A DNA stretch of 64,000 bases from Schizochytrium sp. TIO01 (GCA_004764695.1 SMSO01000014.1:4350845-4414844); one strand, 5' to 3'. Positions 32,760 through 44,200 are shown, counted from the first letter of the stretch. Made by a program: numbers and translations. Notes: a model not told the origin generated them from the letters alone.

Positions 32760-35700
32760 ATGGAGCTGGCGATGCTACGCCGTGCAGTCCTTCAGGGAAC
32801 ACAACAACTCTCGAGCATCCGCAGACAGCTCGAAGACGTCGAGGACGAGATCTTAGCAGTCGAGGACTTCTTGCAACACGAACCAGCCGCAGAACTGACA
32901 TCCGACGTCTCGGCACAGCTTGACGCCCTCGAAGCAGTAGGCAGCGACGCTTTCACATCTTCATTCACATCTGCGCCCATATCTGGTGCGAATCTTTATG
33001 ACCAACTACAACAACAACAACAAAATCTTCACCACAGACTAGCCCAGAGAAACCTGCGTGGACGCTCCAGTACGAGCAGTACAGGCCCGAGTCAAGAAGA
33101 GAAAAGAGCTCTCACGCTAGAACTGCTTAACCAACGCCTTTTGGCAACCCTGGGTGACAACGGAGATAAAGAAAGTCTACCTGTTTGCAAAGCTCTTCAC
33201 GGACTGCAGGCGACACGGACTCGGCCGAAAGAACTTCATCAAAGAGGCGAGGCCAGAGCCCTTCTTACCGGTGAGCAACGCGGAGATCGACATCCATACC
33301 GACTCACAATATTCTCAGGTGAAGAGGCAACGCTAAGTTATACTTTCAATGTGGATGATGAAACAACGTTTGCTATGGTCCTTCAACGTATCTGCGAATG
33401 CTGGGCTGTCGACGCTAAAAAATTCCATTTGTCCGCCAACTCAGCGACAGAAAGCGGAGATTTCGTTCCACTAAGGTTCCTTCCCTCTGACTCTGTCATC
33501 TCGCGCCTCGAAGAGCTCAAGTATGATGTCACACGCGGGTTTGGGTGCAATGGGCTCACATCTTCGCAGTTTGCCAGCAAAGTTTACATGCTTCCACCAG
33601 TCTACCTCATGAGCAGGGGGCGGTCCTTGGAGGACCGCCACCTTGAGGAAAATAACCCTAACTCCGAGCGCCATGTCATGTCTTACGATGATGCGAGATC
33701 GGTTCTGACCACAGGCATACGAGAACAGAGCCTTCGACGCCTCTTTCTGAAAATTGACGCTCAACATCATTTCGTAGCCCCAGGCGACGATCGGCAGGAT
33801 TGCGGCGTGATTACTTTCGAAGGCTTTCTTCAAGTCATCAAGGGATACTTTGAGGGCAATTTTTTCGACAGAGCATCCCTCACACTGCTATTTACCGAGG
33901 AACTCCAGCTGGTCAAAGTTGCTGAAAATTTTCGGCACAGAGAAGATAACGCGGGATCTTTTGCATCAGCTCAGCAATTGCGAAATATTCAGCAACTCGA
34001 GCAAGAGCGCCTCTTTGTTCAATTACCCCACAGCCAGGCATCATTTAGTTTGCAGCCACTCTTGAAAACTGAAATGGTTGAACAGGATGACCAAACCTAT
34101 GAAGTCATCGACTTCGAAGCTTGCAAACGTATCGTATGGCATCTTGGAAGCGCTCAGCGAATCCAAGAGCGAAGACTTGCTCAAGGCGTCTTGCAAAGCG
34201 CAGAGAATGGAAGAGATGATAGCAACCTCTTCCCGCACGAATCAACTCACTTCCCAGAAAGTGGCGATAGCCGAGGCCATGAACCTCTGAGCCCAGCACG
34301 GGTATACTCGTGGATGCTTCACATCAGAGTTCTTATTGATCAAGAAAATAATGAAGCTACAATCACATCACGTAGGTATCGCGGTGCGAGCGTGAGTGGA
34401 CTCGGCAATCTTGTCGACCTTCCCACCCGCCGTCTGGATATGGAAACCTTTCGAGCAGCCTTACATCAAGCAGTTGCAATCGATGATGATCTCATTAGAC
34501 GATGGTGGGTTCAGTACTTTCAACGCACCAATGAACTGGTAAAAGCCGAAGCATTTGCCACAGCTTGGCAAGGAATGCGCATGCGTCAAGCGTACGACAT
34601 GCCTATTTCAATAGGAGAAGCTGTAGATCGCGCTGTTTTAGCTTTTGAAGAAGAACTTCGTCAAGCTACAATTTTTCGAAAAGGGCAAAAGCCCTCGTCA
34701 AGTCGCGTGCGTACATGTGTCGATATTTTCATCTGCCTGATATCCATTGGCTTGATCTATGCAATTCTTTTTCTTGAGATTCAGCCTCGGCGCCTCAGTC
34801 GAATTTCTCGTCAGTACTCACGTGAGCTTCTAAGTGCAGATACGTATTGCTACTCAACAACCGAGGTTGGTATTATACAAGACTCAGTTCCAACGCTGTT
34901 TGAAAATATTGCTCAAGGAGGATGCATTTGGGGCTTTGTCGACGGCCCATTGTATGACCTCTACTTCTTACAAGCTTCACGGGCCGCTGACATCGAAGAA
35001 GAGCAAGATGACTTTTCTGCGACGCAGGCTCAAGATGACTTGTACTGGAAGACCCTCATGTACAACCGTTTTGTACCTGAAGTTGTCACAATACGCCAGC
35101 TCGTGGTCAATCAATCAACGTGCACAGTGTCAGCAAATGACATCCCACCTTCTAGTACATTTTCTGCTCAAGGTTGTTTCGGAAGTTATAGTGATGCACA
35201 TCGACGCACCACAGATCTTCAACTAAATATGAGCCTGTTGTCCAATAGCACGGATCCAGCGCCATACATAGCCGCTTCACAGTGGCGTGAGCTTAAATTT
35301 TTTGATACATTCAAAGGCCAGTTCGCTGCGTACGATGGCTCGGGATATGTATTTTCGCTTGGTGGGCTCGACGATTCTCTTTTGGGTGAAAACGCGACAT
35401 TGGCTGAACGAGTGGATGCGGCAAAGGTTTACTGGCGTGAAGCAGTACAAAATTTGATGAATCTTCAATGGTTTCAAACGGGAGCTCGTGCAATTATCAT
35501 CAACATTGGCCTCATTAACCCCAATGTCAATCTCTACACCAATCTGCAGATCACCTTCGAGGTGTCGGATACGGCACTTGTTCATTCTAGTATGTCACAA
35601 CTTTCATTCAATGTTGATGTTGAGTCCACAGTGACCGGGAATGGTTTCGGTGCCGCATTCATTTTACGTTGGGTACTTTTGGCCGTCTTGGTCGCAGCGT

Positions 35701-37013
35701 TTTCAGTTGAAATTTACCTAACGCATCAATGTAACCAAGCAATCGCAGCCACCAAAGTTCGCAACGAAAATCAAGTGCGAACAAGCCAACTGCGGAAAAA
35801 TACAGTAAATCATCTCGCTCCCAGCAGCATGTCTTTTCGGCCTTTAAGTGAAGTAACTTTTAATGCCCCAATCATACGAAACGCGGAAAATGATTCTGAA
35901 GCAAGACTAGATGGAAACCTTGCTGGTAATAATGATGATGATGAAGGTAAAGAAGATAGTGAAGAAGAGAAAGAAGAGAGAGCGAACACACGTCGTGTAT
36001 CTAATTCGTTGAACTGGATGTGGACAAGTAAGCGGTTTTGCAGTGGCGTTTGCCGGACAGTTTGCCAGTCCTCTTTATTATTGCTTTCTCTATGTATAAT
36101 TCTGTGGGTTGCTGCCACCGTCGGTATTTCCTACACTTTCATCAGAAACGAGATTCGTAAAGAGTTCGCGCAGGATCTACCTCTCAGTGCATGGAATGGC
36201 GTTACCATGTGGCAGCAGTATATGCGCATAGCACACTTCGACGCCCTTACCCTTATTTTACTCACTTGCAAAAGTCTTATCCTTCTGAATCTATTCTCAC
36301 GTACAGCTATTGTGCTGCAAATGCTCAAGGAGGGCTTTGTTCACATCGTACTATTTGTGGGGGTGCTGTTTTTGACAGTGTGTGTCTTTGCTGGATTTAT
36401 GATGACTTCTAATCTCAGCGTAATTCTCAACATGAAGCACTATGGCACGTCGTTCATTGTGACAATGGCGTCGGCGTGCCATTTTGGCCTTCACGAGCAG
36501 CTTCGTCAGGTGGGCAATCCCGAGGTCTCGGCCCTGACTTACCTCTTTGTTTTATTTTTTGACATGTCTATTATTTCATTGCTCAGCATCGCCACTGCGA
36601 TACTATACCATTTTTATATGTCGCAGGTGCGTAAGGCAGAAGCAGCGGAAATTGTCTTGGCTCCTAAACGGGCTTCGCTTTGGTCAAGATTTGTACAGCA
36701 TTGCTGTAAGGGCTGCGTACGCCCAGAGTCAATGATGAACACAGTGTTTGAGGCCCAACCTCCTCGGCTTCGACGTGGGATTAGTTCTGCTGCATTTACG
36801 ACGAGCCGCCGGGACTCTATGGCGTCGAATTCGTCGCCAGGATTTTTGCCGAGAGCATCTTCGAATATTTCAGGTTCACAGTCTATGATTCATGATGAAA
36901 CTGAACCTCCGCATCTACAACTTGCCCGCTTGCTCGGGCATCCCGCGACTAGTAGTACTTCAAATTCAATGCAGGAGGTTCCTTCCATTGAGCTCTCGTC
37001 AAAGGAATTGTAA
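32760..37013 (+). CDS. Polycystin-2/TRPP-like cation channel subunit with long cytosolic N-terminus
   Basis: S1 at ~34717-34780 is followed by TOP-domain motifs TIRQLVVNQSTC, GCFGSYS, GQFAAYDGSGYVFSL and LQWFQTGARAIIINIGLINPNVNLY..ITFEV (compare PKD2 RQLRV, Y.GGGY, WLDRGTRAVFIDF..YNANINLF), then S2-S6 ending LLSIATAILYHFY. Start placed at ATG 32760, downstream of the A42 tract; the ORF track starts at 32586. Confidence 0.85.
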   Translation: MELAMLRRAVLQGTQQLSSIRRQLEDVEDEILAVEDFLQHEPAAELTSDVSAQLDALEAVGSDAFTSSFTSAPISGANLYDQLQQQQQNLHHRLAQRNLRGRSSTSSTGPSQEEKRALTLELLNQRLLATLGDNGDKESLPVCKALHGLQATRTRPKELHQRGEARALLTGEQRGDRHPYRLTIFSGEEATLSYTFNVDDETTFAMVLQRICECWAVDAKKFHLSANSATESGDFVPLRFLPSDSVISRLEELKYDVTRGFGCNGLTSSQFASKVYMLPPVYLMSRGRSLEDRHLEENNPNSERHVMSYDDARSVLTTGIREQSLRRLFLKIDAQHHFVAPGDDRQDCGVITFEGFLQVIKGYFEGNFFDRASLTLLFTEELQLVKVAENFRHREDNAGSFASAQQLRNIQQLEQERLFVQLPHSQASFSLQPLLKTEMVEQDDQTYEVIDFEACKRIVWHLGSAQRIQERRLAQGVLQSAENGRDDSNLFPHESTHFPESGDSRGHEPLSPARVYSWMLHIRVLIDQENNEATITSRRYRGASVSGLGNLVDLPTRRLDMETFRAALHQAVAIDDDLIRRWWVQYFQRTNELVKAEAFATAWQGMRMRQAYDMPISIGEAVDRAVLAFEEELRQATIFRKGQKPSSSRVRTCVDIFICLISIGLIYAILFLEIQPRRLSRISRQYSRELLSADTYCYSTTEVGIIQDSVPTLFENIAQGGCIWGFVDGPLYDLYFLQASRAADIEEEQDDFSATQAQDDLYWKTLMYNRFVPEVVTIRQLVVNQSTCTVSANDIPPSSTFSAQGCFGSYSDAHRRTTDLQLNMSLLSNSTDPAPYIAASQWRELKFFDTFKGQFAAYDGSGYVFSLGGLDDSLLGENATLAERVDAAKVYWREAVQNLMNLQWFQTGARAIIINIGLINPNVNLYTNLQITFEVSDTALVHSSMSQLSFNVDVESTVTGNGFGAAFILRWVLLAVLVAAFSVEIYLTHQCNQAIAATKVRNENQVRTSQLRKNTVNHLAPSSMSFRPLSEVTFNAPIIRNAENDSEARLDGNLAGNNDDDEGKEDSEEEKEERANTRRVSNSLNWMWTSKRFCSGVCRTVCQSSLLLLSLCIILWVAATVGISYTFIRNEIRKEFAQDLPLSAWNGVTMWQQYMRIAHFDALTLILLTCKSLILLNLFSRTAIVLQMLKEGFVHIVLFVGVLFLTVCVFAGFMMTSNLSVILNMKHYGTSFIVTMASACHFGLHEQLRQVGNPEVSALTYLFVLFFDMSIISLLSIATAILYHFYMSQVRKAEAAEIVLAPKRASLWSRFVQHCCKGCVRPESMMNTVFEAQPPRLRRGISSAAFTTSRRDSMASNSSPGFLPRASSNISGSQSMIHDETEPPHLQLARLLGHPATSSTSNSMQEVPSIELSSKEL

Positions 37014-37880
37014 ATAAAATTCTATTCTTCCTGCTGAAACAAACATTTTAAAAAGAATCTTTTCTAATGGAGAGATTTCTGCGCATGGTGTCGAATGAAG
37101 CGCAAATCGTTCAACACGATGGGGCGTCTGTTTATATAGAGTATGTATTGCTATCTAGATTCCGGATGATTTTCTGTTTGTTTACTTGTTGCAACAGTCT
37201 GTGCAGGTGTGTGTATGTATTTATGAACTGTTGTCCTGGTTGCTCTTCTTCGGAGCCTCTGATCTTTCACCAAATTATGACTGAAGCTCCTTCCTGCAAA
37301 CACGCCTTCTAGCTGCGAACTTATAAAGTGACATGTCCCTTTTGCTAGCATGCATCTATCACATAAGGCCTTCCGCATCGCAGGGCCACTAATTCACTAC
37401 TATGCCGTATTAATTAGGACTACGAAGAGTTGAACGAGTTTTAGTCGTCTTTTTTTTTTTTAAAGGTTTTTTTTTTAATCTAAAGGAACGGTTTGGAACG
37501 AATTGGCCTCCACCTATGACAGGCAGACTGTGGTAGAAAGTAGCTTGAATCAGTGTCAGACTCGGAGTGTATACAGTATCATGATACGACGAAGAGGAGA
37601 ACACCTGCTCTGCAAAGCCTCGTTGTGCTCATCGTTACCTGCATTGGGTTTTCAATCTACGAGACTTATTTATTTATTTTCAACTTTAATCATGATGCTG
37701 AAGTTGAAAAACAAATTTTCAACCATAATAATAATAATGAGTAGTAGTAGTAGTTTTGAACAGCCTTCACCTAACATATAAGATAATACAAAAGACAAGA
37801 AAGAGTGCAATAGGATTGAGCACTGCGGTGAAAAGAAAAAGAAATGCAGTGCAATACATATAAAGGGGAAACGGAGGAGA

Positions 37881-38030
37881 GCAATGTAATGCAATGTAAT
37901 GCAATGTAATGCAATGTAATGCAATGTAATGCAATGTAATGCAATGTAATGCAATGTAATGCAATGCAATGTAATGCAATGTAATGCAATGCAGTGCAAT
38001 GCAGCGGAATGCAATGCAATGCAATGCAAT
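37881..38030. repeat. (GCAAT/GTAAT)n pentamer array, mostly as a GCAATGTAAT decamer
   Basis: About 30 pentamer units over 150 bp, more irregular towards the 3' end. Confidence 0.97.
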
Positions 38031-38351
38031 CCAAAGCAAAATCAACTCTAAACACACCCATCAAAGAAGCTCACCAATTCAGGTGCCAAAGCAAGACAGC
38101 GAGCAGAGGAAATGCATCTAGTTGCTGCAGCGTGAGGACTCTCCGTGCATGTATGTGTTTGGCGCCAGGTGCCTTGGCTTGCGATCGCATCTCCTGCCAC
38201 TAATTGATGGACTTCACGCACAATGAGCGCAGAGGTCACTGCCATCGCAAGAAAACCAAAAGCAAAAGCTAAAGCACAGCCTGAAGCAAAAGCGAACTAC
38301 GCATGCAGAAGCGAGCACGTACAAGCTTAAGGGCAAACCACGCAGATAGAT

Positions 38352-38399
38352 GAATGAATGAATGAATGAATGAATGAATGAATGAATGAATGAATGAAT
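38352..38399. repeat. (GAAT)12 microsatellite
   Basis: Directly visible. Confidence 0.97.
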
Positions 38400-39269
38400 T
38401 ATCCTTTGCAGACAGCGAAGAGAAATGGGTGACGCAAGAGCAGGGAGAGGCTACAATACAAGACCGGAAGGCATAGAACCTTGGGAGTGGAAGAAGAAAA
38501 TCGAAGCTGCGCTGCAGAATGGAACTTCCCGCACAGGAAATACAAGAGGTCTGGTATTATTGGCGTACCGACTGCCAGCTTCGTTACCATATCGTCACTG
38601 CAAGAAGAATGAAAGCTAAATATCGATTTGATCGATACAATCAGTCTTTGGGGATACATATTCTCATATGAAGTGATTGAGAAGTCCAACCTTAACGTAA
38701 ACAAATATGGCGAAGGCAACAGGACTGAAGAGCAGAAAGCTATTGGACTCCTCATGGAATGAGAAAAGCTCAAGAGGGACGCGAGACCCGGCCGGGATAA
38801 TTATATTTTTCAGTGTTTTTATAATTTATTTATATCAAGTGCCCATAAGTAGGTAGTAGGTGAGTATTATATTAAAATAGACCTGTTTTACTTTAAAATA
38901 GGCAAAACTTTAGAATAAAGTAAAGTGAAATAAAATAAAATAAAATAAAAACAGGCTGAGGCCCATATTATGTATTAGTAGAAAGCTTTCTGTTTTGTTT
39001 GTTTTGATTGTTTTATTTTGATTGTTTCCATTCCAAAGTTATTTTTTCATAAAGAAAGTCTTTGAGTTTTCTACCATTGGTTAGAAGTTAGAAGTTTTAC
39101 AATTGTAAGCAAAGCAAGTTAGAGCAAAGCGGAGCAAGGACAATCCTCAATTGCTCGTCGTGACACCTGGTGGATCTGTGTACGAGAGACGCTGCTCTCC
39201 CTGCCCAGTTGCATATTTTGACTCTACCCCTACCTTGGTCTGCTTCTTGTCTATTCACTCGCGTACACC

Positions 39270-40325
39270 ATGTTGAGCGCCGCTTCCCGCACATGCCTTC
39301 TCATGGGCTCTTCGACTCTTGCCTCGAGCAACAGCGGCTTCCGTCTGGCGCTGCGTCGCTCCAAGGTGACCGCTGCGATGGTCAAGGAGCTCCGTGAACG
39401 TACGAGCTCCCCGATGATGCAGTGCAAGAAGGCACTCAGCGACCCTGAGGTGGACGGTGACATGGAGAAGGCCATCGAATGGCTGCGCAAGCAAGGTGTT
39501 GCTCAGGCGGCCAAGAAGTCCGGCCGTGCCACGAACGACGGACTTGTGGGCGTTGCATCTTCTGATGACCGCCGCCGCGCTGTCCTGGTAGAGGTCACGA
39601 GCGAAACTGACTTTGTTGCCCGGAATGATCTCTTCCAGAAGCTCGTATTTGATGTCGCATCCATCGCACTCGAGTCCGGCGCTGCCGACGCTAAGGCGCT
39701 CGCCGAAACCGAAATGAGCGGCGCGCCCGTATCCGCAGCACTCACTCAGGCTGCTGCCACACTCGGAGAAAACATTGCTCTCAAGTCTTCTCACCAGCTC
39801 GCTGTGGCGAATGGCGTTATTGGCATCTACCTCCACAACAAGATGAGTGAGACCGCCTGCAAGCAGGGCGCTGCTGTCGCGATTGAGGCCGACGCCAGTC
39901 TTGATAGCCTCGATGCCTCCGCTCGTGAGAGCCTTCAGACACTTGCTGATAAGCTTGCCCTGCAGTTGGTTGCTGCACAGGCCCTCTTCCTCGAGGACGT
40001 GCCGAAGGAGTACATTGCAAAGGAGCGCGAACTTGAGAAGGAACGCCTTCGCAACGAGGCTCTGGAGCGTGCCGGAGACAAGGAGGTCGACGAGGACGTG
40101 CTCGAGAAGAGAGTATCCAAGAAGGTGGAGAAGATTATTAAGGGACTTAAGGATGAGCAGGTGCTGCTTAACCAGAAGAGCTTTGTTCCGGAACACCAGG
40201 GAGCCAAGATCAGCGCCCTTCTGACCAAGGCCTCTAAGGAGAACAAAGTCAACTTGACCATTAAGTCGGCGGCCAGATTCCAGGTTGGAGCCGAAGAGGT
40301 CATCCTCACACCAGCGGCCAACTGA
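39270..40325 (+). CDS. TSFM: Mitochondrial translation elongation factor Ts
   Basis: VTAAMVKELRERTSSPMMQCKKAL (UBA-like), AIEWLRKQG, EVTSETDFVARN, LGENI, LLNQKSF, ARFQVG. Presequence. Confidence 0.96.
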   Translation: MLSAASRTCLLMGSSTLASSNSGFRLALRRSKVTAAMVKELRERTSSPMMQCKKALSDPEVDGDMEKAIEWLRKQGVAQAAKKSGRATNDGLVGVASSDDRRRAVLVEVTSETDFVARNDLFQKLVFDVASIALESGAADAKALAETEMSGAPVSAALTQAAATLGENIALKSSHQLAVANGVIGIYLHNKMSETACKQGAAVAIEADASLDSLDASARESLQTLADKLALQLVAAQALFLEDVPKEYIAKERELEKERLRNEALERAGDKEVDEDVLEKRVSKKVEKIIKGLKDEQVLLNQKSFVPEHQGAKISALLTKASKENKVNLTIKSAARFQVGAEEVILTPAAN

Positions 40326-41290
40326 GAAGATGGAAGAGCAACATTTAGTGGGCACAGTAAATAGGCGGTATTGTGCGAAACATGATGCGGCCAGTATCTA
40401 AGTGAAGCCTCCGAAGATGGAGGTAACCAAGAAGGTTGGTCTCATTGCTGTTTTCCTTTCTTGTCACTTGGCGTCTTGGCAGTTCTACAAACGGAGAAAT
40501 CGGGATATGAGATTTGTGGGCCCTCTGCTAACATGCGTTTTGCGTGTGCTGCCGTAGGTTTGTCTGTTTATGATAAACAAACCAGCCAACAAATCAAATT
40601 AATTTGCTTTCTCTTGTTTCTTGCGGTGTGGTCTCACATCAATAATAACTGGCAACACCTTAAATTTAATTCAATAACTATAACAAATTAGCATCACCTC
40701 ATGAGCTTTGGGGGGAAATTAGCCATGCACCCCAGCTCCGTCTCCTGTTCAGGTACATACTACATCGACTTTATTTTCATGATAAAATCTTCTTCTTTTT
40801 TCTTTCTCTCCACCAATTGCTCAGTGTCTAATTTTCTTTTTTCACAAGGAGATCTCCCAAATATGATTTTGTATCGTAAGGCGCTTTTCAGAGTATATAT
40901 CTGGCCGTGAAATGCCACCTTGAGCAAAAATAAATTCTTTCTAAAATTCTACTTTTCAAATAATAATAAGACTAATAATAATCAAGTGTTTGCAGGATCT
41001 ATTTCCAGTATTAGAATACAACTTGTTGGTTGAGCCTTAAACTGGCTTTTTTTGATTCTACCAACATTTTCGTTGGAGTAAAAAAGAATATAAATTTACA
41101 TCAAATATCCGGCATCAACAACAGCAACTTGAATCCTAGGAATTTGCCTTCATTATGATCAGGAGAAATGAATTACTGAGACAGGAGATAATTTCCAATT
41201 TGACTAGTAAATAAGATCTTTACCCTCCTAATGAAATCGAAACATGGTTTATGCATGGTCGCTTGTAAACCTTCAAAATATAGTTCATCA

Positions 41291-44200
41291 TCACTCATAC
41301 ACCAGAAAGATGGAAAACTCATCATCACTCGAGGGAAGGTCCCATACGCTTGTTGAATTCAAGGCTACAATTTGGCTCTCATATTCCAAGTAAATATCAT
41401 CATTACTTGAAATTGCCACTTTCAATACTGCGGGCCGATCAACTTCGTTACTACTTGAGCTACTCACCGCCGTACCATTTGAAAGTATGCTTAAGAAGTT
41501 CTCATCTTTGAAGCGGTATCCGTAGAAACCTCCGACCGGGTCTACAATAAAGATGATATTCGATGCAGCAGCAGAAAGACGAGCGAGGTCTTTCGCCCCA
41601 CTTGATGTACTCTCAGATTGCAGAATCGAAGGGTACTGTAAATCGTAGCGAGTGCAGTTATCATCTGTGTTAGAGATGCCACACACCACCAGCTCATCAG
41701 ACGGATACAATGCATAAAGGCGCAACTCATCAGCACTTAATCGAACATCGTAATAATCACTCGTTGAGGTGGTAGATGAAGCAAGGTTCGGAATGATGAA
41801 TTCAACGATTCTCTCCGTCGTGAATATTATAATATCACCTGTTGATGCATCAACCACAGCTATTCGTCCATCAGAAATGAAACACACTGCACCAGGTTGA
41901 GAAAGTTCTACACTAGAGAGGTGGAACCAGCTTCTTAATCTCCACTCCTCATCAAAAGCCACAACACGGTTTGACGCTGCGTCAGCCACGTAAGCTGAAG
42001 GCCAGGCAAGGTGATCGCTATCTATAGAGTAGAGCGCACGAGCAGCTTTCGAACCTCCACCGCACGGTGAGCCATCCGAACAGTATGAAGTACAACGGCA
42101 TATACAAGTAGACACTATCCCCTCAGCATTACATACAGGAAGCATGTTGCTATAGTACGCCGGCATTTTAATGCATACGTCCGTATCACAAGCTATTCCA
42201 GAACTGCTTGTCCAACAGCTCGAACCATCTTGGTCAGACTCGTAGTGAATAATACTATCTGTAGCGGGAAGTGTTAGCAAACACTCGCATATATGCGTTT
42301 GGATTTTGAACAGATTGAAGTACTTGTATTTGGATCCTAGTGTCTTGCAATATGCTGCACATTTAGCGGGAGTAGGATCCGTCATATTCTTCTGTCTTGT
42401 TTCTGTAGTAAAAGTAGATGCGTCGCCAGATGCACATCCCAAGTATACGTACGAAGGCAAATCGAGCGAGTCTGCCTTGGATACACTCACCACTGAAAAT
42501 TTGTCGGGTTCTATGACAAGTGTGGTGCTGTTGGAAGACGTATTAAAGAGAAAGACCCCAGAATTTTCACCTCCAAGTAAGAATGACGGGCTATCTGCAT
42601 TGTCATCATCATCATCATCATCATCAGTAGCAACAACAACTTCCTCGCAATATTCCCAACGTACATTTGGGTTCGTGGTAAAACACCATGCTCCGTTCGG
42701 GTCATTGTTTGGATTTCTACACTTGTTATGCCTACCCAAGCCTGGAGCTGCCACATTAACTAGAATGTCACATTCCGTGCCTTTCATTGCAGTCGAGACA
42801 TTCAGTTCATGATATCCGATCGGAGGGCAAAACCTCTTATTAAGTAGCTCGCTCTGCGTCGAACCATCTGCGAGAGACATGTAGTTATTCACGTAGGGAA
42901 ACCCGCAAGGAAGTCCTGGATCATCTGTATCCGTAGTATTGCAAAAGCCCTTATTTGTTTGATAAGTATTGTAAGCATGTGCGTGTGGAATTTGCTTATT
43001 CCAAGCTTGACATTCTAGACCAGAGAACGTTGTGGTTTTGTTTGACAAATCCGTATCAGTGTTGCTGCTCCTTGCACTTGCACTCAAACGCCGACCCTCC
43101 GATTGTTCAGCTTGAATTCGAGTTGCATTTCCGCACCAGTCTTCGTCGGACGTAAAGTCACTCTCCGAGGTAATTGTTGGATCATTTGGGCAAACATCAT
43201 AACAGTCAAGAACTGTATCATTGTCGGAGTCTAAGGAATCGCATGTGGAGCAACTGTCCCCAGTCCATCCTTGCGGACAGCTTACGCGAAAAGGAAAGCA
43301 TGACGAAATTATAGCAGACGAATCATCGGACAGTGTGCATACAGGTTCCAGAGGGCATGAAGTTTGACTAGTTCCAGTCTCCACGAACACACAAGCATAA
43401 TATGAACCAGGTGTGCTTGGCACAGGAGCCGGCATCAAGTAGTAGCCTTCATCTGATTGCAAATAGGTACTACTCAATTCCACAACATCCACAGAAGCCT
43501 CTTTAGCACAGCGCGCTGAAGTGTCCAGAGTTCCACTCCCTTGCAAAAGCCCTATGTTAACCAAATCAGAAGTGTTTGGCAAAATGATTAACGTAGAGCT
43601 CTCTGGATTATCCTCGCTATAGAATGAGATATTAAAGAGAGTGAGAAACTCAACAGCACTTGAATCGCCTCCCTCCATTTCTAGATACATGGTAGGAGCA
43701 TCACGTGGCCATACACTGTCCTCAACAGAGCAGCAGAATACGCGAGAAGTCTCGTTCGGATCCAAGCATGTGGTTTCTTTCAAACCCAACGCAGAAGAGC
43801 AACTGCAGGTATTATTCAGGAGCCCTGAAAATTCAGACGTGAAACAATATCCATCTTCCTCAGTGATGAATTCTGACCCCATACCGCAGGTGTGTTCACC
43901 ATTTTCGCGAGTGTTTAGGCACTGACCAGCTATTTTATTTGCTGGAATACAGTCAGTGCTATTAGTTTCGTTTTTACAAGATGCTTCAAAGTCATAAATT
44001 GGTTCGTCCACGTTAGGAAATCCAACAAGCACATAGAGACGACAATCTTCATCCTCAGCACATAAATCGCAATGCTCAAGTGTATTCACAAACTTAGAAC
44101 TGTCACTCAGCAAGCTTGACCATGAATCCTTACAAGACTTCGGCTTGTTACCATCGTGCCAGCAACGCTCACCAGAATAGGATGCATTCGCTTGGCATCC

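Noticed and set aside
37670-38064. ORFs with (HCITLHYIAL)n repeats in all three minus frames
   Set aside because: Artefact of translating the GCAATGTAAT microsatellite.
23010-40325. Cluster of four mitochondrial genes (NDUFAF3, HMGCL, MRPL3, TSFM) as a functional operon-like unit
   Set aside because: They are interspersed with unrelated genes on both strands, and mitochondrial proteins are common enough for chance to explain this.
39255-40355. 366-aa antisense ORF over EF-Ts (likewise 30659-31600 over MRPL3)
   Set aside because: Same codon-bias shadow effect; each is almost exactly coextensive with a well-supported sense gene.
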